In this document: one piece after another, positions 1-8,449 of the stretch
Layout: every line of letters begins with the position of its first letter
Position numbering within the stretch: the stretch's first letter is position 1
DNA from: a virus
Taxonomy: Duplodnaviria > Caudoviricetes
DNA length: 25,935 bases
IMG/VR virus record: IMGVR_UViG_3300017747_005628
Span: 1 to 25,935 of that record
Direction: 5' to 3' (one strand)
The notes under the pieces: model-generated
The model's database searches: none
Told to the model about the DNA's origin: nothing
The model's input: only the letters and a program-made list of their open reading frames with translations
Program-made: the position numbers and the translations under genes

Positions 1-775
1 TACTTGAGGTGTCGATGTTCTCTGTTTCCTTAAGCTGCTCATTTAAATCAGCAATAGTAATTTTGTTTGCAGCAATTTTACTGTTAATACTATTAATCTT
101 TTGTTCTTTTTCTTTAATTCGAGTCTGCTTTTGATTAATATACAAATCAATAGATCTCTTAATTTCATCAAATTTAGCGGATTCAATATCTAGGTTTTTG
201 GTAACCTTATTGTAATCATCTCTTACATTAGAAAGCATTTCTGAAAAGATTTGTAAATTAAAAATCTGTTCAATAAATTTTCTTTTTTCAACTTTACCTT
301 TAGCCATAAACGGCGATGTACCGTTTACCGTCATGATGACACAATTTTGAAAAATTTCAGGGGTAGATGACAGTACTGCTTCAATGTATTGATTAGTATT
401 TGCGATGCTATCGCGTGTCTTATCTACCCCATTTTTATGAATAAAAAGTTTAGACGGATTTAAAGATCTTACGATTACAAATTCGTCGTTACCTCTGGGT
501 GAATTTACGTTAAAAGACAATTCAACTTGACAGTTACCGTTTGTAAGGTTATTAGGTATAAACTCTTTTTTAATCTCTCTAATAGTATTGCCGAAGATAG
601 CAAAATATATAGCATCTGCAATGGTAGATTTACCGACACCATTGCGCCTATCTTCTTTATCACGATTGATACCGGTGATAATATGCAAACCTTTACTAAT
701 ATCAATCACAACTTGATCGTCTCCAATGGAGAGAAAGTTCTTGATCTTAAGCTTGTGAAAAGTTACATACTTCAT
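1..775 (-). CDS. gp46: T4 gp46-like recombination endonuclease ATPase subunit (SbcC/Rad50 family), 5' part only, runs off the window
   Basis: Not in ORF track. ATG at 775 overlaps the gp47 stop (ATGA). Translates MKYVTFHKLKIKNFLSIG...IITGINRDKEDRRNGVGKSTIADA, i.e. KNFLS plus Walker A NGVGKST; lies directly downstream of gp47. Confidence 0.93.
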   Translation of the reverse strand, partial: MKYVTFHKLKIKNFLSIGDDQVVIDISKGLHIITGINRDKEDRRNGVGKSTIADAIYFAIFGNTIREIKKEFIPNNLTNGNCQVELSFNVNSPRGNDEFVIVRSLNPSKLFIHKNGVDKTRDSIANTNQYIEAVLSSTPEIFQNCVIMTVNGTSPFMAKGKVEKRKFIEQIFNLQIFSEMLSNVRDDYNKVTKNLDIESAKFDEIKRSIDLYINQKQTRIKEKEQKINSINSKIAANKITIADLNEQLKETENIDTSS

Positions 776-1818
776 AGTTTTGATCTATTATAAAGGTTAA
801 CCGTATAATCTACAACTTCCTTTTTGTTATTAATATCCATTAAATTTACAAACTCTTCTATTGCTTGCACAATATCAACGCCAGACAAGTCTACCTGGTC
901 TTCTTCTTTGAGTTTAATTTTATTGTAATTGACGTCGTGATCTACTATTAAATCATTAGGTTTGTATGTTTGTAGTTTTGCTACAAGGGAGTCTAAATGA
1001 TCTGTGCTAATGTTTTTGTCAATAGTTAGCTTGATAATATTGTTAGGAATAAAAGAATTAAAGTGATCTTCTACTTCTTTTAATTGAACAAGTCTAGAAA
1101 GGTGAACATTAATATGTTTTGGTGTATCTTTGTACTCAATAAAGGTATATTCTGTACGCTGAGTATCCAAAATATAATAACCTTTCTTTTGTAAGCTGTC
1201 TCCGAAATCCATTTCAAAAGGATTGCCGATATAAACAATATTACAGCAATCTATTGTTTTTTCATCTCTTAAATGAAAGTGACCGGAGAAAACTAACGGC
1301 GTTTTTTCAGATAAAATCGCAGGATCATCTCCATCATCGCAAATTTTATGCATGTTCATTTTGAAGTCTTTTAATTCAAAATGACCGAAAACTATATTGC
1401 TTTTGGGTATATCGGTTAATTTAGTGCCCCACGGGCAAAATGTATACCCTGTACCTGATTTAATATTGATGTTTGAGGTTAGTTTATCAAAAACAGTAAT
1501 ATTTGACCAACCTTTCAATAAACTCAAACTATTAACCTCTGAAGTCTCTTTGTAATAGCAATCATGATTACCAGTAATCATGTAAATCTTAAAATCTTTA
1601 AGTATTTCAAGAACTCTTTGCGCTGCGTCTAGGGTAACCAAACTTACTTCGTCGCGGTAATGAAATAAATCACCGCAAAAAACTAAAGTATCAATATCTT
1701 TACTTTCTAAATCATTTTTAAACCACTCAGCCCATTTAGCTGAAGTATCAATCCAGAAATTTGAATTTTGATGTACACCTAGATGTAAATCTGAAAAAAT
1801 TGCTATTCTATTATTCAT
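772..1818 (-). CDS. gp47: T4 gp47-like recombination nuclease subunit (SbcD/Mre11 metallophosphoesterase)
   Basis: Motifs SDLHLG, GDLFH, GNHD, GHF, SGHFH, YIGNP. Start moved to ATG 1818 (MNNRIAIFSD), overlapping the gp55 stop; the ORF track starts at 1842. Confidence 0.93.
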   Translation of the reverse strand: MNNRIAIFSDLHLGVHQNSNFWIDTSAKWAEWFKNDLESKDIDTLVFCGDLFHYRDEVSLVTLDAAQRVLEILKDFKIYMITGNHDCYYKETSEVNSLSLLKGWSNITVFDKLTSNINIKSGTGYTFCPWGTKLTDIPKSNIVFGHFELKDFKMNMHKICDDGDDPAILSEKTPLVFSGHFHLRDEKTIDCCNIVYIGNPFEMDFGDSLQKKGYYILDTQRTEYTFIEYKDTPKHINVHLSRLVQLKEVEDHFNSFIPNNIIKLTIDKNISTDHLDSLVAKLQTYKPNDLIVDHDVNYNKIKLKEEDQVDLSGVDIVQAIEEFVNLMDINNKKEVVDYTVNLYNRSKL

Positions 1819-2269
1819 CACCACTAAAAGTATAATCCTCACTATCTGAGTTATCAGGCTTTACGTAGATATTTGCATCAGAACTTTCCATCATTTCTTC
1901 CTCATAAAATCTACTCTTGTATTCATTGATAGCTTCAGTATGCTTTTTTTCCTTTTTAATTCTGTTAATGAAAGCGTGAAAGGCAATAGTAGTAAAATAT
2001 GAAAAAGGATTGTGTTCAGAATTAATATCAAACTTTTTATTCTTTACAGCTGTAAACATCTTTACAATTGCATCTCCAATCATTTCATCTTTGTAGGTGT
2101 AATTGATAAAATTTGAAGAGTAGCTAAGTCCGTAAGCTATCTTACTTATCGACTCAGCTATTTCATGTTCTTTAAGATTGTTATTATAGTACTGAACTAA
2201 TTGCTCTTTAAATACCGCGGGATCTATGTAGTATTCTGTCTTTTTTGGTTTTGGTCCTCTTTTAGCCAT
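1811..2269 (-). CDS. gp55: T4 gp55-like sigma factor for late transcription
   Basis: NFINYTYKDEMIGDA and NPFSYFTTIAFHAFINRIKKEKK match the gp55 pattern; sits between uvsW and gp47 as in marine T4-like phages; TATAAATA-type boxes are present in the window. Confidence 0.92.
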   Translation of the reverse strand: MAKRGPKPKKTEYYIDPAVFKEQLVQYYNNNLKEHEIAESISKIAYGLSYSSNFINYTYKDEMIGDAIVKMFTAVKNKKFDINSEHNPFSYFTTIAFHAFINRIKKEKKHTEAINEYKSRFYEEEMMESSDANIYVKPDNSDSEDYTFSGDE

Positions 2270-2275
2270 TGATAA

Positions 2276-2303
2276 ATTATAGTTTAAGCTATAGTTTTTT
2301 CAA
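2276..2303 (-). promoter_or_regulatory. sigma70-type promoter of gp55
   Basis: Minus strand TTGAAA(2303-2298)-N16-TATAAT(2281-2276)-N6-ATG(2269). Confidence 0.7.
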
Positions 2304-3726
2304 CTATAGAACCGGTTTTAAATTGAATTTTTTCCTGGACGTAGATTTCTTGTCGTCTATCAGCATGAGACTTGCTGTATTCTAATTGATCGGCTAAATC
2401 TATAATAACAAGTTTTTCTTTATTAGGGTTTAAACGCAAACCTCTACCTATTGATTGAATCGTTCTTATAAAACTTTTACCACCTGCAGCAAATACAATC
2501 ATATGCAGGTTTTTAATATTAACACCGGTAGAGAATATTGCGCTTATAGCAACGCATACAACGTTATTATTTTTTTCCATTTCCTTAATAACTCTAGCCC
2601 TTTCATCTACATCTACTTCACCTCTAATAAAATACACCTTACGTTCAGGTAGCTTACTTTCTAAATACTTGTATAGCTCATCACCGTGAGCTATATGATT
2701 GACAAGTATTAAAACGTTGTTATTGCATTTTAACGAAACAGCTTTTATAATTTCATTACGAAATTTGCTTTTGTAGATAAAATCTAGTTCGTTTCTAAAA
2801 TCATTAACAGTAGGGTTTGCAACTGGCTTGGTTGCATATTTTATTTCAATAATTTTGATCTCAGCATTGGCAAGATAGTTTTCAATTCTTAATTCAAAAC
2901 TATTCTTTTCGTAAAAAACGTTTCCTATCTTACCTTTAATATTCCATTCATCAATTTTTGAATCCGGTAATGTACCAGTCAAACCGTATTTATGGAACGT
3001 TTTTATCTTACTAATAACCTTGCATATCTTATTACCCTTTTTAAGTTTATGGCATTCATCTACCACTAACATATCAACATCTTCAATCCACTTTTCATCA
3101 CCGTATCTACTCTGAATAACACCCATATTTGCAATGATAACGTTACTAGTTAAATCAGGATCAATACTACCCGTCCATTTTGTTATTTTAAATGGTACTC
3201 CATACTGATTAAAATCATCAAATGTTTGTTTAACTAGTCCGAGATCAGGTACTACCAACAAACATTTCATTTTCTCTTGTTTACTATAATAAAAGGATGA
3301 AAGTAAAGAAGCGATGGTTAAAGTTTTACCACCTCCAGTACCGAGTTTAATAATTCCTCTACCAAAACTAATGGCTTGGTTAACTATTTCTTTTTGATAA
3401 TCTCTTAATTGAATTGATAGTTTATCGTACGTTAAGGCATTTTTTAATTCAGGTTTACATACCTGTTTAACATCATCGCTAATGTTAAATTGCATTTCTG
3501 GGTACGTCCTGTAGATGTAATGCATTACATCATAAAATAATCCTGGTTCAAATAAACCTGTAGGGGTTATAGCATATATCCGAGACGGTGCAAATCCTCG
3601 ACCGAATCGTTTCATAAAAAACGCATTTTCATTTTTAACACTGAAATGTTCCCTAATGTCTTCAAAATTATCTCCAGACATTCTAATCATCTTCTTATTA
3701 GGGAAATATTCAAATGTTAACGTCAT
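2284..3726 (-). CDS. uvsW: UvsW-like superfamily 2 DNA helicase
   Basis: LRDYQ, Walker A GTGGGKT, DECH, GLTGT, STGVNI, QSIGRGLR; synteny with uvsY and gp55. Confidence 0.93.
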   Translation of the reverse strand: MTLTFEYFPNKKMIRMSGDNFEDIREHFSVKNENAFFMKRFGRGFAPSRIYAITPTGLFEPGLFYDVMHYIYRTYPEMQFNISDDVKQVCKPELKNALTYDKLSIQLRDYQKEIVNQAISFGRGIIKLGTGGGKTLTIASLLSSFYYSKQEKMKCLLVVPDLGLVKQTFDDFNQYGVPFKITKWTGSIDPDLTSNVIIANMGVIQSRYGDEKWIEDVDMLVVDECHKLKKGNKICKVISKIKTFHKYGLTGTLPDSKIDEWNIKGKIGNVFYEKNSFELRIENYLANAEIKIIEIKYATKPVANPTVNDFRNELDFIYKSKFRNEIIKAVSLKCNNNVLILVNHIAHGDELYKYLESKLPERKVYFIRGEVDVDERARVIKEMEKNNNVVCVAISAIFSTGVNIKNLHMIVFAAGGKSFIRTIQSIGRGLRLNPNKEKLVIIDLADQLEYSKSHADRRQEIYVQEKIQFKTGSIVEKTIA

Positions 3727-4118
3727 AATTGCTCTAATTTCATTATTTCTACGATATTCTTTATATCATATGTAAGCGATGAAAACGTTTTTTCCGTCTT
3801 TTCTAAGAACTCTATGATTAATTTTTCCTCATTAATTTTAGTTTGAAGATCTTTAATTGGTTGAGATTGTAAAACTGCTTTTTCTGCAGCTGGTACAGAC
3901 AATTTTACAATTGCTTGAGCTTGTAGCTCTCTAGTTACATCTTTTAGTAAGGAACTTCTTTGATTTTCTAAGTTTAGAAGATTGCGTTTGTGATGTATTA
4001 ACCTGCTAACCCAAAAATGCTTGCGCCCTGGAGATTTAAGAGATGCTTCTTTGATATTGAATTCATCAATCTTGAGGTCCTCTTCTATTTCTTTTATGTA
4101 TCTTTCTAATATCTCCAC
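3723..4118 (-). CDS. uvsY: UvsY-like recombination mediator
   Basis: 131 aa helical protein, EDLKIDEFNI...YDIKNIVEIMKL; ATGA-coupled to uvsW; GTG start. Confidence 0.8.
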   Translation of the reverse strand: MEILERYIKEIEEDLKIDEFNIKEASLKSPGRKHFWVSRLIHHKRNLLNLENQRSSLLKDVTRELQAQAIVKLSVPAAEKAVLQSQPIKDLQTKINEEKLIIEFLEKTEKTFSSLTYDIKNIVEIMKLEQL

Positions 4119-4124
4119 GAAACA

Positions 4125-4152
4125 ATTATAAATATCTTATATTTAAAATCAA
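4125..4152 (-). promoter_or_regulatory. sigma70-type promoter of uvsY operon
   Basis: Minus strand TTGATT(4152-4147)-N16-TATAAT(4130-4125)-N6-GTG(4118). Confidence 0.7.
4127..4134 (+). promoter_or_regulatory. T4-type late promoter
   Basis: Exact TATAAATA 17 nt upstream of ATG 4152, overlapping the -10 of the divergent uvsY promoter. Confidence 0.7.
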
Positions 4153-4439
4153 TGTCTAAATATCAAAAACATTTCGAAAAAGTATTGAATGAGGATGGTC
4201 CTAACTATGCTGCTTCAGTGCCTAATACGTCTGGTAGAGGAGGTGCTTTTGGTAATGCTAACAGTATGTATACCACAGGATCAGCTTCAGGTACTACGGG
4301 TCGCGATACTTATGCTGCTGGAGATTTCAGGATGCCTGTATCAATATTTGGAGGTATTGTAACAAGACGAGGATTAAAAAAGAAGAAAAAAAATGGATCT
4401 AGGTCACTGGCAAACAAATCTAATAGTAGAAGAAAATAA
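4152..4439 (+). CDS. Hypothetical late protein (Gly-rich centre, basic C-terminus)
   Basis: 95 aa ORF behind TATAAATA; N-terminus MSKYQKHFEKVLNE resembles a cleavable head-protein leader. Confidence 0.7.
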   Translation: MSKYQKHFEKVLNEDGPNYAASVPNTSGRGGAFGNANSMYTTGSASGTTGRDTYAAGDFRMPVSIFGGIVTRRGLKKKKKNGSRSLANKSNSRRK

Positions 4440-4812
4440 ACTCCCTTACGGGTTTATTTACGTAATCACTAACCTTATAGACAGTAAAAGATATTTTGGA
4501 AAAAAGCAAATTAAGACGGTTAAAAAATTAAAGCCATTAAAAGGTAAGAAAAACAAAAGACATTTTGATGCTGAAACAGATTGGAAAACTTATACATCTT
4601 CTTCAAATGACTTAAATGCTGATATACAAAAACTAGGTAAAGAAAATTTTAAGTTTGAAATAATTAGATTTTGCGATAGTAAATTTGAGCTTGCTTACTA
4701 CGAAGCAAAAATTCAATTTGATAATGATGTTTTATTAAAGCCTGGATTTTACAATGGAATTATTAATTGTAGAATAGGAAGAGCTCCTAGATCTTTGATG
4801 GAAAAATTATAA
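4393..4812 (+). CDS. GIY-YIG family endonuclease-like protein
   Basis: GFIYVITN...RYFGKK (GIY-YIG variant), later GKENFKFEI, a conserved E (YYEAK) and FYN. Confidence 0.8.
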   Translation: MDLGHWQTNLIVEENKLPYGFIYVITNLIDSKRYFGKKQIKTVKKLKPLKGKKNKRHFDAETDWKTYTSSSNDLNADIQKLGKENFKFEIIRFCDSKFELAYYEAKIQFDNDVLLKPGFYNGIINCRIGRAPRSLMEKL

Positions 4813-4821
4813 TATGGGTAG

Positions 4822-5349
4822 ATGAAATTAGAATATCCTGAGCAAAATCTCAGTATAGTAAATTTTAACAAGTTTTTTTCACATTACGAAAATCTTATTA
4901 TTAACGATCTTTACAAATACGAGCTAACGGGTCCAGAGCATTCGTTAGGTAATAAAGACGTTAAAAAAATATTCTACCACCATCTAATAAAAATTATAGT
5001 AGACGAGTTTATATGGAGTAATAAGTCACCGAACAAGCTAGTGATGGTTTTTAGTACCAATACTCATATTCATGGTGTTGCAAGAGAATATTACGGTGAA
5101 AAAGAGCTTATATTGTTTTTACAGAGATTTTTAGTCAAGTTAGAAAAAATGCTACCTTTGAGATTTGTTATCACAGATAAAGTAATGGATGAAAACAATA
5201 CGATTAATGAATGTTTACGTAAGATAAGACAAGTAAGCAAAAAAGATTACACTTTCCAAAAAATCAAACTATTTGCGAAACGTTATGAACTAACGTTTTT
5301 ATCTGATAACTATCTTAACTCTATAAGAACTAAACAGGTTCTAATCTAA
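4822..5349 (+). CDS. Hypothetical protein
   Basis: 175 aa ORF filling the gap; TATAAT at 4808-4813; no motif recognised. Confidence 0.7.
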   Translation: MKLEYPEQNLSIVNFNKFFSHYENLIINDLYKYELTGPEHSLGNKDVKKIFYHHLIKIIVDEFIWSNKSPNKLVMVFSTNTHIHGVAREYYGEKELILFLQRFLVKLEKMLPLRFVITDKVMDENNTINECLRKIRQVSKKDYTFQKIKLFAKRYELTFLSDNYLNSIRTKQVLI

Positions 5350-5355
5350 TAAATA
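5350..5355 (+). promoter_or_regulatory. Late promoter (leaderless geometry)
   Basis: aaTAAATA-N5-ATG(5361). Confidence 0.7.
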
Positions 5356-5360
5356 ATAAT

Positions 5361-5657
5361 ATGGATCTGTTTACTCAAAAAGCCAATAGTATAGTTAAAA
5401 GCTTAAATGAAGATGCTGATGAAAAGGTAATATATTCTTCTGAAGAAGATGCTGAAGATGCTGAATTAAAAGCGATGGGGTTAGATAAAACTGGTCAAGC
5501 TGCTGTAAAAGTAGCTAGTACAATGGCAACGCAAGCAGCTAAATCAGGCATACCAGGTTTTAGAACTGATCCGCAAGTAGCAATGAATAAAGCTTACGGC
5601 AATTTAATGACCAGTATTGCTAAAAAAATTAATACCATTTCAAGTAAAATTAAATGA
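5361..5657 (+). CDS. Hypothetical late protein
   Basis: 98 aa, late box upstream, leader ending in SLNE followed by an acidic stretch. Confidence 0.75.
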   Translation: MDLFTQKANSIVKSLNEDADEKVIYSSEEDAEDAELKAMGLDKTGQAAVKVASTMATQAAKSGIPGFRTDPQVAMNKAYGNLMTSIAKKINTISSKIK

Positions 5658-5974
5658 AATTTTTAGAAATTATAAAAAAATATGAAAGTGGTTTAGTATT
5701 AGAACAGGACGCTCCCCCTCCAGAAGAAGCACCGCCAGCTACAGAAGTAGAAGCTCCTGAACAGATAGATGAGCCAGCTGGTATCGCTACCATGGGTAAT
5801 CTTTTAAAGAAAGCACTAACAATGAAAATTAGTGACTCTGATAGATACAAGATTTCACAATTACCTGCTATCAATGAGACAAATGCATCTCAAATTATCG
5901 ACCAGCTGATAGCAATAATGAAAACATATTCTGTAGATATTGACATCGATAACAACGACAAAACATCTATTTGA
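5654..5974 (+). CDS. Hypothetical late protein (acidic, Pro-rich)
   Basis: 106 aa, ATGA-coupled to the previous gene; MKFLEIIKKYESGLVLE leader. Confidence 0.75.
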   Translation: MKFLEIIKKYESGLVLEQDAPPPEEAPPATEVEAPEQIDEPAGIATMGNLLKKALTMKISDSDRYKISQLPAINETNASQIIDQLIAIMKTYSVDIDIDNNDKTSI

Positions 5975-5998
5975 TTATTAACAGTCCACTTGTATAAT
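5971..5998 (+). promoter_or_regulatory. sigma70-type promoter
   Basis: TTGATT(5971)-N16-TATAAT(5993)-N7-ATG(6006). Confidence 0.7.
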
Positions 5999-6005
5999 AG
6001 TGTGA

Positions 6006-7070
6006 ATGGTGACGAATAGATCCTTAGAAGATTTTAAACCGTTTACAGATTATCAAAAAAAATTATACAGTGATGTCTCGTTGCCTGGAAATAAAGGTAA
6101 AGGCGAGGTATCGATAGCTTTATTACTTGTTCAGAAAAGTTTACCACAGCTTTTTAATTCTGATGGTAATCCAATTAATAATGTTGTTACTTTAAACGAC
6201 GAAATTGTTTATTTTCCTGAAGAAAAAATAAAACTAAAGATAAATGAAATGGTAGATATAGGCAATAAGCCTTATGATGTGCATGATTGCTTTACAGGTA
6301 AAAAATACGAAGTAAAAGAAATTAAATCAGCGTCAGTACGTACCGGTAAATACAGTTTTAGAATGGCTATCGACATTTTTATGAAGGTAGCAAAGAGTGT
6401 TGATCGTATCTATTATCACTATAATAGGTTATCGCCGAACGAAAAACAATTAATAGAAAAATATAGGCCGTCAGACTGTAATGCTTCTTTTGAAGAAAAT
6501 ATTATAAACGCTTACAACTATTTTACTAACAGCGCAGGAGAACTACCTAGAAGCGCTATAACACATGACACCAAAAATCCTAACATACCTAAAATTTATC
6601 AAATACCAATGTTCTTTGACACGAACATTTATAAAGATTTATGTGATAAAGGATCAAGTATACATTCACTGCTAGAAGATATCTACTGTATAAGTTTTGA
6701 GGACTCAAAAAAGATAGATAAAAAAATAAGAGAATATATTAAGCGTAAAAAAATTACAAATCACTGTAACGAAGAATACTTTGATGAATTAGATGAATTT
6801 TTATGCGCAGTTCAAACCTCAGTATTTGCTAATACTAAAACTTATTACAGGGATGTTGAAAGTTATTTCATTAAAAATTCACCTAATATGAAACAAGCTC
6901 TAGAAGCTACATTTCCAAATGACGGTGTTTTTATCGTGGATAGTAATAAAGGATATAAATATGTTAGTAGAGATAACCTTTCAAATAATCTTAAAATATC
7001 ATGTATATCGCAAGGTAAATTTAAGGTTGTATCTATTAACGAACAAATAAAAGAAGATGATACCCTATAA
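6006..7070 (+). CDS. Hypothetical protein, possible PD-(D/E)XK (restriction-like) nuclease
   Basis: 354 aa; GKGE helix followed by YDV...KKYEVKE, the typical E...D...ExK spacing. The ORF is solid; the function is a motif-level guess. Confidence 0.5.
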   Translation: MVTNRSLEDFKPFTDYQKKLYSDVSLPGNKGKGEVSIALLLVQKSLPQLFNSDGNPINNVVTLNDEIVYFPEEKIKLKINEMVDIGNKPYDVHDCFTGKKYEVKEIKSASVRTGKYSFRMAIDIFMKVAKSVDRIYYHYNRLSPNEKQLIEKYRPSDCNASFEENIINAYNYFTNSAGELPRSAITHDTKNPNIPKIYQIPMFFDTNIYKDLCDKGSSIHSLLEDIYCISFEDSKKIDKKIREYIKRKKITNHCNEEYFDELDEFLCAVQTSVFANTKTYYRDVESYFIKNSPNMKQALEATFPNDGVFIVDSNKGYKYVSRDNLSNNLKISCISQGKFKVVSINEQIKEDDTL

Positions 7071-7842
7071 ACAACGTTTATTTTTAGAAAAAAAGGCTGT
7101 TAAATCTAAGTCTCGTAAACGTACGAAAAAAAGAAAAGAGGAGAGTAATGAAGGGGAATACGCTAACCCTAATACAGATAAGATAGAGTATAACAAACCA
7201 TACAAGAAGAGAACGTTTGTTTTCCCTCCTAAATGGGGTATGGGTGAGGGTCAATATTTAACACCTAATGTAGGTACATTTAATGAAATGATGGATATGG
7301 TAGTTGGTAATCAAAGAGGCCAAGGCAAAAAGATTATAATTATATATCCAGGATATTTCAAACCATTCCATTTAAAACACGCAAAAATTGTTAATGAATT
7401 AAAAAGTAAATATCCGATAGCAGAAGTTTTTGTAGCAACAAAAGATGATTCAGATTTTAATTACGTTGATAAGTTAAAAACTATACTTGCAAGTGGTATA
7501 GATCCAAAAATGACTGTTAAGACAGCTAAACTACTGGAAGTACCAGAGGTGGTAAACAAATACAGTAAAGAGCATACAGTTGTAATTTTTGCAGTGACAA
7601 AAAACGTAATGGGTAATAAATTAAAACCTGGTAAATACGTTCAAAAATTTGAAACTATAGATAAGTGTAAACCGATATCTGAACATGTCTATGTAATGGA
7701 AGTACCAGGTGTAACACCTAACTCAAACTTAATAAGACAAAAATATAAGACTGCAAACGAAGGTGAGAAGAAACAAATGATTGTAGACTTATACGGTAAC
7801 TATAAACCGGAAATTGAAAAACTTTTTAATAAGAAGTTTTAA
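7057..7842 (+). CDS. Cytidylyltransferase-like (HIGH superfamily) protein with basic N-terminal extension
   Basis: IIIIYPGYFKPFHLKH resembles GxFxPxHxGH (G replaced by K); C-terminal NSNLIR resembles the SST.IR motif. Confidence 0.65.
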   Translation: MIPYKQRLFLEKKAVKSKSRKRTKKRKEESNEGEYANPNTDKIEYNKPYKKRTFVFPPKWGMGEGQYLTPNVGTFNEMMDMVVGNQRGQGKKIIIIYPGYFKPFHLKHAKIVNELKSKYPIAEVFVATKDDSDFNYVDKLKTILASGIDPKMTVKTAKLLEVPEVVNKYSKEHTVVIFAVTKNVMGNKLKPGKYVQKFETIDKCKPISEHVYVMEVPGVTPNSNLIRQKYKTANEGEKKQMIVDLYGNYKPEIEKLFNKKF

Positions 7843-8135
7843 TACCCTTTAAAAAAGTCTTTAAACTTTTGACGGTTATATTTTTTCTTATTTGAAGCAT
7901 CAAAAGTTTTTTGCGGCGGTGGCATCGGTTTACGTACTTGAGATAAAATATCTTTTTGTGTTATTTTTGTAGGTGTTTGAGCGTCTTCTTCTTTAGTATA
8001 TAGGAAATGTTTAATTTGGGTTTTTGACATATCTTTTGCAGCTTTTTTAGCAGCTCCTGATACACCTTTCTGACCTTTTTTAGCACCCATTACAGCGCCG
8101 AAGAATCTTTTTTGTTTTTCTGATGTTGCGGGCAT
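7839..8135 (-). CDS. Small basic phage protein
   Basis: MPATSEKQKRFFGAV...AKDMSKTQIKHF, a pattern common in phage small proteins; 4 nt downstream of the previous minus-strand gene. Confidence 0.75.
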   Translation of the reverse strand: MPATSEKQKRFFGAVMGAKKGQKGVSGAAKKAAKDMSKTQIKHFLYTKEEDAQTPTKITQKDILSQVRKPMPPPQKTFDASNKKKYNRQKFKDFFKGY

Positions 8136-8139
8136 AAAA

Positions 8140-8427
8140 TTACCAGTTTTTGCAAGACAAATATCTCGGCGTTCCAGGTTTAGCCGTTGAACATTTATGT
8201 CTAGCTCTAAACGCTTTGCGTTTTTTAGGATTAGATTTTTTAATTCTTAAATTTTTATCTCCGTAGTGTACTCTTTTTAACTTACCGCCTACTCGTACAC
8301 ATTTCATATACTTTTTACCAGGTCTAGTAGAAGACATTTGACCAGTAGTTTTCGTACAACGTACACCTTTCTTTTCTAAAACAACACATTCACTTAAAAT
8401 TTGATTTACTAATTCATTAAATCTCAC
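8140..8427 (-). CDS. Small very basic late protein with Cys/His motif
   Basis: KRVHYGD...KKSNPKKRKAFRARHKC...RYLSCKNW. Start moved to GTG 8427 (MRFNELVNQILSE), 5 nt after minus-strand TATAAATA. Confidence 0.8.
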   Translation of the reverse strand: MRFNELVNQILSECVVLEKKGVRCTKTTGQMSSTRPGKKYMKCVRVGGKLKRVHYGDKNLRIKKSNPKKRKAFRARHKCSTAKPGTPRYLSCKNW

Positions 8428-8432
8428 TATAT

Positions 8433-8444
8433 TATTTATAAATA
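8433..8444. promoter_or_regulatory. Palindromic bidirectional late promoter
   Basis: TATTTATAAATA reads TATAAATA on both strands; start codons (GTG 8427 minus, ATG 8450 plus) are each 5 nt away. Confidence 0.8.
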
Positions 8445-8449
8445 TTAAC

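Noticed and set aside
505-793. ORF-track entries 505..705(-) and 527..793(+)
   Set aside because: They overlap the gp46 frame (ATG 775, Walker A), which the track missed because it lacks a stop in the window.
4393-4812. GIY-YIG gene as a mobile homing endonuclease
   Set aside because: Catalytic domain only, no DNA-binding extension and no intron context; more likely a resident phage gene. Mobility cannot be supported.
4786-4821. Full sigma70 promoter for ORF 4822
   Set aside because: TATAAT is present at 4808-4813 but there is no convincing -35 at 15-18 nt, so it is not listed as a feature.
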